Positions 13,250 to 24,050 of a stretch of DNA of 64,000 nt are shown here, piece after piece. A model generated the notes under the pieces. That model was not told where the DNA came from, searched no databases, and saw nothing but the letters and a program-made list of their open reading frames with translations. Each line of letters begins with the position of its first letter. The first letter of the stretch is position 1. This DNA is from Balamuthia mandrillaris (lineage: Eukaryota): assembly GCA_031835245.2 (NCBI GenBank), contig JAVKOQ020000044.1, positions 124,001 through 188,000 on the forward strand. The letters are read 5' to 3'. A program made the translations under genes and the position numbers.

Positions 13250-14545
13250 ATGTTCACCTTTGGATCTTTTTCAGCGGCAGAGCTGCCGCACCCACAGCCT
13301 CTGCCGCTCTCTGAGGAGGAAGAACAAAACGGAGGGGCCCTGGAGCTACCGCTGCTTCCCCGTGCTTCCGCTTCCCATCAACAACCACAGACAGCCACCA
13401 ACGGCGCCTCCACTCAGCCACACACGACACAAAATTGTTGGCAAAGCAACCGCAGCGCCGCCTCCCTATTTGCTTCGGCCAACCACAGCAGCGGCCACCC
13501 CCATGCACAAAAGGGTCGTCACGGTGCAGCTGCGGGCTCCCCCTCCACTGCCACCGCTGCTGCTCGTTCCTATGAAAGTGAGGAGGACTTTCTCTGCAGA
13601 GCACTGCGAAACTTTTCGCTGCAGGAGAGCGCAGGCACTTCCCCCTCCTCTGCTTCTTCTTCTTCTTCCTCTGCTTCCCTCTCCTCCAGCCAACACAGCG
13701 ACCACAGCATATTCCTCCCAAGAGGCCTCACCAATGACGGCAACACCTGTTTTATGAATAGCGTAAGGACCTTGATCTGCTGTTTCTCTTGGTGTTGATT
13801 TTGATGTTTGTTGGTCTTCTTATGCCTTTAACTTTTGCCTTTTATTGTTTGGTGCTTTCTCTCTTACCAGATACTGCAAGTGCTGATAGCAACGACACCA
13901 TTCCGGAGACTGCTGTCCCTCCTTCCACATAAAGCAGACTATGGCACTCCAGCCACCATTCTTCACTCATGGTTTGTGAGACAAGCTTGTCTTGCTCTGC
14001 ACTTCTTTGCTCACGTTATTAACTTCTTTCTCTGCCTCATATTGCGATAGCGGAGCTTTCTTCAAAGAATACTATAGTCTAAATGATAGTAGTTCTGCAA
14101 TGACCACAACATCAACCCCCGCAAGGTCGGGGGAAAGCAATGCGCTTCGTAAAAGTTCCTTCTCTCCGCTGATACACTTCAAAGAGGCGCTTGACCGTTT
14201 TGATAAGAACCGGCTGATAGCCGGCGCACCCAAACAAGAGGATGCACAGGAATTCCTGTGCTTCCTTCTTGAAGAACTACATGAGCAATTGATCAAAAGT
14301 ACGAACATTCTTGTTCCGCTTTTTTGTACTGTTTGTTAATCACATTTTACATATAATAGTAACACGCCAACAAGAAGCACAGGATGGTGGCACATATGAT
14401 ACCGAAGTTGCTGATGAGTGGGAAGAAGTTGGAAAGAAAAATAAAACAAGCAAGATACGACCGGTAGCATTCACCTTATTATTCTCTCTTATGTTCGTGT
14501 CTGATCTGTCTCTTTTGCGCCTTCCTCTTCTCTCTTCTCTCTTCT

Positions 14546-14584
<39 letters not shown>

Positions 14585-15292
14585 TGCATAACACAACAGA
14601 TGAAGATAGAAGAATCATTGATAAATCGGATATTCACAAGTAAATTGAGGAGCTCTTTACGGACACAGGGCGCCAAACCCTCCATAACATTTGAACTGTT
14701 TCACTGCATACCACTTGATATTCGGGTTTGTTGTCCTCTGTGACGTTCTAAGCGTTTCCAAATCTGACCAACTATTCAAACTTTCTCAGTTTTCAACTGT
14801 GCAAAGCCTCGAAAGAGCTTTGACTCTGTTCATGCAACCAGAGCATCTCGATTGGGAAGTGCGGACACTCAAGGAATACAAGTTCGAGCAACTGCCCTTA
14901 ACATTGGTCTTCCAACTAAAACGCTTCACGTTTGACAACTATGGTGCTGTTAAGATTAGCAAGCACATCTCTTTCCCAGAGCGGCTCGTGTTACCTATAT
15001 CGTTCTTTTCCACAAATCCGGATGCCCCCCAAAGAACTTATACTCTCTCAGCTGGTACACCCTCCCTCCCATTCACTCTCTTACCCCATGCTCATTCGCT
15101 CACAACACCCAATAAACAGTGATATCACATTATGGGGATTCCATTGATAGGGGCCATTATAAGTGCGACGTGAAGCAACAACACACCGGAACGTGGTTTG
15201 AATTTGACGATCACATGTTCCGGCGGGTAGCTCTTTCCCAAGTGCTCGATCGCAGCGCCGCCTACCTTCTTTTTTACTCCCGGATAGCATAG
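13250..15292 (+). CDS. Ubiquitin-specific protease (peptidase C19, USP10/Ubp3-like), multi-exon
   Basis: Cys box PRGLTNDGNTCFMNS, QEDAQEFL, DEWEEVGKKNKTS, LVFQLKRF, His box HYGDSIDRGHY and terminal AYLLFY. Confidence 0.88.
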
Positions 15293-15459
15293 CCTCTTCC
15301 GTCTGATTACCGATAAGGTTCAGGACCTCGCCTGTAAGCATGATACGATCCCTTTGCCACATTCTTTCTGAGACCCTTTGTTGTTGTAAATGCAATGATA
15401 TTATAATAGTCTATTAGCTTCGCCTGAAAGTGGGTTATTACAGCAGAAGTCTCTGTCCC

Positions 15460-16029
15460 CTAAGAAGCAGAGTCCTTTTTCTTCTTCTCCTTCTTCTCCC
15501 CCTTCTCCTTGTTCTTCTTATTCTTCTTTTTCTCTGCCTTCTTTTTCTTCTTTGTGGAGGAGATATTGGCTGCAGTGTGGATACTTGCGTATGGCTTTTG
15601 GGGCTGAGAGAACTTCACAGCTACCTCCAACAACGCAAAGAACGCCTCGGCAATTCCCTCTCCTGTCTCTGCAGAGACCTTTTATGTCCCATCGGTTACA
15701 TAGAGCAGAAGAAGAATGAAGAAAGAAGACATCGAGAGAGGAACCTCAAAGTAAGGGATATGCAGGCCGTCAGCATATGATTGAATAACTTGATCGGTGA
15801 GTCTAGCATCCCGCTTGGAAGCGCAGTCGCTCTTCGTGCCAACGAGCACGAGCGGTACAGCGTTAGTGCCTTTCATGCGATGAATGAGGGTAATTAACTG
15901 CTGAACTCCAACAAGAGAGTCGAACCTCATAAGAGAAAATACAGCTATGAAGCTCTCGCCTGTTCTCATCCATTTATCGCCCATTGCCTGTTTGCGATTG
16001 AGGCGGGGCTATTAGTCCACCACCAGAAG

Positions 16030-16064
<35 letters not shown>

Positions 16065-19000
16065 AGAGAGAGAGAGGAGAGAACAAAGAGAGAAAAAGAG
16101 AACCCTTCGATACTCTTCTTGGCCAGCGGTATCTACGATTTTCCAAATGTACTCTTTAGCAACCAACCTGGCCAAGCACGAATACTTGTTGTCCTTTTCA
16201 TCCGCCCACCGCCAAAAACTTTAAAAATGGAGGAAAGGAGAGCAGAGTGGGCCAAGAAACGAATGGACACGTTACCTCCATGGTGGGCAAATAACCCCAA
16301 TCAGCTCTTCTGGCATAAAGAAAGTTGTGAACAAGGGCCGTTTTGCCGACAGCGCCCTCTCCAAAGACGGCCGTGTTTACCGTTGGCAAGCCTTTTTCTT
16401 GAAACTGTTGGACAGGCATGGCGGGTGGTGCAGCAGGGAGTTGATTCGGTTGTTGTTGCAACAGGCAAGAGGAACGCTCATTCTTTGTAAAGACGTACAC
16501 CAACCGTCCCCCCGGTAGAATTTCTACGTTGGTTCCACCCACATCTTAGTCAACAACATAGCGTTCTGCAGAATGAAGTTAAAGACGTGGAGCTCACCAC
16601 AAAGGTAATGCTTGTACTTGTCTTTCCAGCGGGTGGCCACCTCATTATCCAGTAGATGAAGCAGGTTGGAGCTCCCTGGAAAATGTTTGGACAGCAGACG
16701 TTTCCAAAGTGCGTCCTGTGTGGTGAGTTCCGCCCACACTTTACAAACGAGAGAACAAGCTGCTATGCTCACCAAGTCCAGCTGCACAAACACGAGAAGC
16801 TGTTGTTGTGGGGCAAAAATGGTAGATATCCCACCCCACGACCATAAACTTCCCACCCCCCCGATAAAAATTCCACCCCTCAGGTAAAAGTCCCAACCTA
16901 TTAGGGTGACATGAATTATGAGTAACTCTATCGTTACATTGCTACTGTGTTTCTCTTTGCTTGGCGATAGGAATAACCGTTGTAAAAGAAACTGTCAGGA
17001 ATTGAAAGCATGCTGTATCCTTGGTCAACGGTTATTCCTCTCACCATTCTTGCCCGCCATACTATTCTTTTTGTTCCCGCCTTTTTTTTTCAATAACGTT
17101 ACCGTTACTTTTTCTTGGGTTGTAACAAGGTCTTCTTCTTTAACTTTTTTCTTTCAACTAGAAACAGCTACACACAACCATCATACACCTTTTTTGTTTG
17201 TTTGGCTTTTTGTTTTTTCCTTTTTTTTTTTCTCATTATGGAAGCGAAGAAAAAAAGATTTGCCGAGATTTACGGGTGGATTTTTGTACGAAAGGTTCCA
17301 TTGCAGCAGCTTTCACGGTTGTACAATGGTGGAGAGGATGCTCCGACCTTTTATCGAGTCCAATGGAGATCAACTCGTGGGCTTACAAAGCGAACAGGAG
17401 TGAAGGTGCTTAGTAATCCTCGCACCACCCTTGAAGGAGTGAAAGTGTAGGTGGCACCAACAGTCAAGAAGGCGAAGAATGGAGTCCTTGAGGTTGCACT
17501 CAGCGAGAATCTTCACTGCTCTGGCGGCTTTGCCTGTGCTCCTCCAAGCAGAAAGAAAAACAAAAAAATAAAGGACTGTGGAGTGCAAAGCCGTTGGGTG
17601 GTGTTTAGAGACGAGCTAAACACTGCCTACATCTACATCCAGAAGGAAGCCCAAAGCCACGGACCTGGGTTTTGTGCGCCTTCTGCAATGCCTATGACGC
17701 CTGCGCTTCGACAGTGGCTCCGCCAGATGGATGGGCAAGGAGCAAAAGAAGACGGGATGAAAGGGAGGGGAGGAGCAATGACGGCGCATGAGCTGCAACA
17801 ACTGTTGCTGGGGGGCGCTTGCGAGCTGGTCAAGGATGCTCGTGATGTACCAACTGTGCAGGAGATTGCCACCGTAATCCACAACGGAAGGAAAAAACTG
17901 CGAATCGGCAAGAAAGGCCAAACCAGAGCAGAAGCCCTCCAAGAGGCCTTGAATCGACCCGAGCTGGCTTCCACTATCCTTTTTCCACCTTTGGAGAGCC
18001 GTGAAACGTACATCCTTGATCGCACTGCAGCCCATCGGCCATGGATGATTTTTCTGATCGCGCCTTATGCAGTCACTGTGCTTCAGCGATGGGGTAAGGA
18101 TGTAGTCGGCCTGGACAGCATCTACAAGCTATCCAAGTCACATCATCCTGTTTGGGCACTGGTGGTGCAAGATGACTTGGGACGGAGCTGGCCTGTTGCC
18201 TTCGCTGTTGCTAGCAAGGAACGAGCTGCAGTTGTGCGCTTTTTTCTTTCGTCCGTTCGTCACTTTTTTGAGACACAGACCACAACGATCTACTCCCCGA
18301 ACACTACGTGGCAACCCTTTGTAATGATCGACAAAGACAAGGTGGAGCGCAACGGGGCGACAAGCGCTGGCTTTCAGGTGTTGTTGTGCGACTTTCATAC
18401 GCAACAACTGTGGAGAAAAAAAGTTGCACAGTATGGTTTGTTCTCTCTTTCATGCATGCATCTGCTCTCTTGCTCTCATTGTTCATACAAGTAGAAACTA
18501 ACAATAATACCAAACAACAAGGGAAGGATGATGGAAGTGTGTTGGGTTTATTAAAAAGACTGCAACACGCCATGACAGAAGAAGCAGAGGAAGAAGCAAC
18601 CAAGGTGTTGCAGAACTATTGCCAAAAAAAGAGGATTACCCGTTTCTGGAAGTACTTTGACAAGAACTGGCTTTCTCCTCCATGGGCATCAACGTGGAAA
18701 AGCATTGGTCGTCCGGGGCACCGAGAGGGCTTGTGGAATACCAACAATGCAACAGAGACTATCTTTCGGAGTGTTCTCCGTGATTTCCACTGCAAGGGCA
18801 CCAAAGGGGACCACAACTTGGTCTTAACGTTAGCAGACAATGTGTTTCGGCGCTACAATGTAGAGCTCAACCGCATCAACGTGCAACAGCAACGCCCAAG
18901 CCGTGGTGTTCGCCGGCTGTGGAGGAGATATCAAGAGGGATTGCGGCTGGCACAGCACCAACAGAGTGAGAAACAGAAAAAAAAAAAAAGCAGAAACAGA

Positions 19001-20674
19001 GAAAGACAGCAATAGCGATGATGACAACAATGACAGAGAGGAAAAAGAGGCAGAAGGAGAAGGATTGAACGCACATTTTGTGGAGCTTGCTGACGGCGTT
19101 TTCAAATGGAACGAGTACGATGTGAGTATAGAATCGCCTTCATGCACCTGTCCTTACTTTCGGTATTATGGTAGGAGGTGCAAACATGTTTTTGGACTTG
19201 CTGCTCATCTACAGAAAACATTTTCAGATCAGAACCTTTTAGAGCTTGGACTGAAAAGACAAACAAGACGCACCAACAGCAGCACCTCAAAAGTGGCAAG
19301 AATGGTTGAAGACGAGATTGTTGAAGCAGATGATGCTGACTTGCTGGAGCAACGTGTAGCGCCTGTTACCCTTGATGATGAAGATGAGGAAGGAGAGGAG
19401 GGCCATGAACAGGAAGAGGAAAGGCCGACCCTGCTACTGTTGGAGGAGCCATCGATGGATGAACTTGGTGAGGATGATGGCAGAGATCTCGAGGAAGAAA
19501 CTTCTGAAGGAGAACAACACAACAAGGAGGAGGAGGAAAAGGAGGAGGAGGAGGAGAAGTAGGAGGAGGAGAAGGAAAAGGAGAAAGACAAACTGAATGC
19601 AAACAAAAATCAAGGAACAAAGCATCAACATCCAGTGGAGCCAAAAATCGAGTACTCTAGCAAGGAAGAAGCAGAACAAGCAATCGCATATGCTACATGG
19701 AAGTCATCACCTGGGAGGCCGCGCAATACAACAAAGAGGCCGAAAGTAGCAACCAACCTGCGACTCACAGAAGAATGTTTGCTTGAATTAAGGTAGTATC
19801 TCTTTTTTTTAAACAAAATCTCTCCCTCCTTTCCTACTTTTAGCTAACACCTCACACAAACACCAGAAACCGAACGTACCTTTCAATCAAATTTAACAAA
19901 ACCTGAATCAACAAAGAAAAAGGCAGCGGCGGTGGCGGCGGCTGCACCAAAAAAACAACAAAATCAAAAAACAAAAACGCAAAGTGGTATGTTTGTCACT
20001 TTTTGTATCTAGCAGATTCTTTTTCTGAAGTTGATTTTTGTCATTTTTGAAGAGTGCAAAGCAAAGCGTACCTCTCAATGGCAAAAGAACTGTAAAACGG
20101 AGATCTATGGCGTCGCACCCGTGGTGAACTACCAGGATCCCCGAGTGGACAAAAGGAAGCCTCTCTCTCCAAAACGACAACTGAAGCACAACCCACGGTA
20201 CCAGAAAACACAGGTCGTGAAGCTCCTCTCTCCTCAAAAAAAAGAACAGAACGAAGAAAAGGTGCCCAGGGTGACAAAGAAAAGACTGGCCAAAAGAACA
20301 AAACGAAAAAAAAAAGCCCCCTAAAAAATAAATTTTTGATTTTTCTGATCCCTTTTCACCACTCTCTAAAATAATGGCCAGCGCACGCTTTGGTGGCAAA
20401 ATAGCACAAAAATAATAGGTTGTTATAAATACATATTAGGGTGGGTAAATTACCTGAGGGGTGGGACGTTTACCGAAGGGGTGGGACTTTTAGCGTTGTG
20501 GGGTGGGACGTTTACCCGATTCGCTGTTGTGGGTTAAGAGAATACAAGTTACAATAGCGGTTATTATAATAGCAAGAAAAGGAAGAAGAAGGAGAAGGAG
20601 GGGAAGAAGAAAGTATCACAAGGAAGGCTTACATGCAATTCCGGTGGCAGGAACCAAAACAACGAGTCCTCCAT
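15460..20674 (-). CDS. F-box domain + Ras-superfamily small GTPase fusion with polybasic tail; intron 1 contains a MULE
   Basis: Exon 1 (20674-20633, MEDSLFWFLPPELH, gtaagc donor) joins in frame to exon 2 (from 16799, LLVFVQLDLVSIAACSLVCKVW) to form an F-box; then G1 GEGAVGKT, switch I YLPTMED, G3 DTAGQEEY, G4 GTKSD, G5 VSA and a Lys-rich tail ending KKDSAS*. Confidence 0.8.
16813..20524 (+). mobile_element. Mutator-like (MULE) DNA transposon, 3.7 kb
   Basis: 9-bp TSD TGTTGTGGG at 16804-16812 and 20525-20533; imperfect ~90-bp TIRs starting GC with repeated TCCCACCCC units; internal MULE transposase. Confidence 0.9.
17238..19793 (+). pseudogene. MULE DDE transposase with SWIM zinc finger, disrupted
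   Basis: VGLDSIYKL (D1), VMIDKD (D2), LLCDFH (CxxH), TNNATE (E), SWIM CTCPYFRYYGRRCKH and GRPR; in-frame TAGs at 17448-17450 and 19560-19562 and a frameshift at the poly-A near 18977-18989. The 3' end is uncertain. Confidence 0.82.
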
Positions 20675-21244
20675 GTGCGTTACGTTCAAGGCTAACCTTC
20701 CTGGTGAAGTTTCCAGCGCCCCCCAACACTAAAGCGGAGCAATGAATTGTTGTCGACGTGGAAGATCTCTGCTAGAGATGAGACAAAGAAAAAGACAACA
20801 GAAAAGGCTTTTTTATGGTAAGTTATTGCAGCCTTTTTGATTTTTGATTGGTGGTTTGAAACTCTCTGCAACAGATCAAAGCATTGCGCTGCTTTACCCC
20901 CAACACCCGATAATACAATATGAAGCGTTGGGGCATCTTTGAAATGGCATTGGCTAACGTTTCGATTCGATCTTGAATAGATGCGCACCCGGGAAATTTC
21001 CGATAAAAAGCTGCCCACAGGGAAAAAAAGGGGGAAGACGAAGCCCCCACTCTCCTTGTTTGTTTGTTTGTTTGGCGTTTTCCACCAAACAACTAAAGGC
21101 GGAGCACCACCAGTCCTGCGCTTCTTGCTTGTGTCTCTTCGTACTGGTCCTGGTTCTGGTTCCACGCAGCCACAGCAGCAGGGTCCACCAACGGGGAGGG
21201 AGGGGAGGTACACTTGGTAACAACTACCACCACATCGAGCGAGC

Positions 21245-23959
21245 ATGGCAAGCGCAGCAGGGGGTGGAGGAGGGGGGCCTCCCCCTCAGGAGGAAGACTG
21301 GAGGCGAAAGCTGGTGCCGGAGGATCGACGAAGGATCGTTCAAAAAATGTAAGCCCACTCCTTTGTTTCGCTTACGTTTATTCGCAAGGAGTAGGATGAC
21401 GCTAACGGTGCCCTCCCTTTCTCTCTCCTCTTTTTTGTGGTGTGGTGGTCACGTTGCTTGCGCAGCATAAACGTGTTGAAGGACTGTGCAACGGACGCCT
21501 CTGGAAGTACTGACGAGCCACGCCTGGCTGCCCTTGCTGCTCGTTACGAAGGGACCGTCTACAGCACGGCCCCCAACAACAGCGAGTACTTTCGCCAAAT
21601 AGCCAACAAGCTCTACACCCTTCAGAAGAAAGGCCAACAAGTGAGGGCCAGTGCTGCCGCCGCTGCCGCTGGTGGCGGTGGCGGTGTTCCACAACCACCA
21701 CCACAACAACCTCAACCACAACAACCGCCACCACAACAACAACAAAGAATAACTCAGCAGCAACCACAACAGCTAACAGCACTCCACCAACACCACCAAC
21801 AGCAGCGAGCTGCGCACCACCAGCAGCAGCAACAAGCACAGCAAATGGTGACCAACAATGGGGCCTCCATGATGGGAACTGGACTTGCGCCAGCGAATAC
21901 TGCTGCAATGCTGCAACACCAACAACAAGCAATGTCATCACAACAACAAGTATTAAACTTCAAAAACCAACCACAGGCTCAGCAACAGCAGCCCCCGCAA
22001 CAGTTAACTCCCGCTCAAATAGCGTCCTTACAGCAGCAGCAGCAACAACAAAGAGGGGCAAACCCTACCGTTACTACCCCCGCCCAACGGCAAGCGGCCT
22101 CCCAAATGATGACAGGCATGCCCCAACAGCAAACACCGCAACCGCACCAGCCTCCACTAAGAGCTACTGCAACAGCAGGCCAATCAAACGGCATACATCA
22201 TCCCCACCAGCCCCACCATGCTCCCTCACATCTTGTCACGCCCCAACAGCAAACACAACAGCAGCGGATGGCAACAGGAGCGGCAACGCCTTCTGCCGCT
22301 GCCATACACCACGGACAAATCGGTGGAGCTGGCACTATGTCCAAGCTCAAGACTACTCTGGCAAACACGGTAACACCCTCGGGTGGTCAACCCACTATTA
22401 CCTCGACTGCTCAGCCTCTATCTTCGTCCGCAATGCAGACCACAAGTAGTAGTGCTCCCACCAATGCCACCACTGGTTCTGCAGAGACCAAGCCCGACCC
22501 GGAACGGCTTTATTGGGACAAGGTTCGATGGATGCAGCAGTACCTACGGCCTATGATGGTTATGATACGGCAAATCGAAAAGTTAAAGGAGTCCATCAAG
22601 GTTTCCCCTGTCACAGATCCAGATAAAGCCAACAAACAACGCAACTTGGAGGGTATCCACAAAAAAATGACCTACATACAACGGCTGGTGCAGCATCCCT
22701 CTAGCGGCACTGATTATGTCATTCAGTACCAAACTCTGGAGGCTGCAGAGAGGCAAATTAAGCACTGGCTTAATCAGCTGCAACGGGACCCTTCCTCCTC
22801 TTCATCTTCTACCTCTGCTGCTGCACAACAAGGTCCTATCGGTACAGGTGGCCCTCAACCCCAAGCCACCTTATCTTCCGGTCATGGCACTGTTGCTGCG
22901 ACAAGTGGCACTGTCCCTACAGCACCTGCTTCTACCCACTTTATGCCATCTGGTGGTACTGCGTATGCTCCTCCTCTGGCCTCAAACCAGCAACAACCAA
23001 TTAAGAGTGCAGCCGCTATACCTTCCGCAGGAGGCTACCACCCACAGCCCAGCAGCCATCATCCGCATCCCTCTCACCATCCCCTTCATACTAAAGGGTC
23101 TCCATCTAGCGCAGTACCATCAGCCACAGCTCCTTCTCCTCCTTCAGCTGCCTCTATGGGCACAACAGCACCACCAGCAGGTACCTCTACTAGCCCTCGC
23201 CTCTCTACCCCTCACCAGTATCCTCATAGTACACCACCACCTGTGGCTCCCTCCGCCCTTATAGGCTCTTCCCCTCCACAACTTGCCCCAGAACCTTCTG
23301 GTAAGCATGCAGGAACCCCTCCTCTCCCTCATTCAACCACAGGAGCAGCTTCGTTGGTATCTACACCTCCTACAGCAGCACCCGCTGCCACGACCACTGT
23401 AAAAACTGAAGCCCCACCGGCTTCTCCGCAGACACCACCACAGCAACAAAACGTGATCCAATCTTTTGTGGAGAGGATCCGTAGCCTATCCCCCGAGGCT
23501 ATATCCCGCGTTGCCAACCTCTTTGATGAGACCTTTTCTAAAGTAGCTGCTGGTTCAACAATGCCAGGCTCTTCCTCTCACCTCTCCTACCTTCCTGACA
23601 CGCCATTTAACAGCCTTCCTGGTTCACACTGCTCTTCTTCTCCTGATAATCCACTTGGTAGTTTTTTCCTCCCTCTAATGTCGTTTGGTTTTTCTTCTTT
23701 CAATGCTCTTTATTCATTATTTCTAAAAAAAAAAGGGCTTGCGACGTCGCATAACGAACCTCCTTTGAAGAAAACAAAGCTACAAGGCCTAAAGGAGGCA
23801 GCTCCCAACGGTGGTGTTTCTTCCTCTTCCCATTCAGCCCTCTTTACGATGCTATCACGACCACAAACCAATGCTCTGGATGAATCGCTGTGGTTTGGTG
23901 GATTGCAGCATTCGCCATCCCCATCCCGAATAAGTAAGCGCAAAATGACCTCTGCTTAA
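21245..23959 (+). CDS. MED15: Mediator subunit 15-like protein (KIX domain, Q-rich)
   Basis: Exon 1 MASAAGGGGGGPPPQEEDWRRKLVPEDRRRIVQKI spliced to ...LAARYEGTVYSTAPNNSEYFRQIANKL (plant-type KIX), a long polyQ region, and a middle helical block LYWDKVRWMQQYL...LEAAERQI. Confidence 0.65.
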
Positions 23960-24050
23960 ACAACAACACCGCCCCCTGTTTTTTTTGTTTGAGATACAGA
24001 AGAATCTATATTGTAGTTGCTTGTGACATAGGGAGGAGAATAGAGACCAT

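Noticed and set aside
16524..16856. Apparent myristoylation start MGSLWS on the F-box ORF
   Set aside because: The ORF-track start is GTG inside the MULE TIR; the true first exon lies at 20674-20633.
16813..16900. Regularly spaced CCCACCCC repeats resembling a mini CRISPR array
   Set aside because: They are sub-repeats of the MULE TIR, mirrored at about 20440-20524; the units are too short, and the context is eukaryotic with no cas genes.
17448..17450. In-frame TAGs in the transposase as stop-codon reassignment
   Set aside because: Host genes in the window (PDCD5, USP, RWP-RK) end normally at TAG; nonsense mutations are the simpler explanation.
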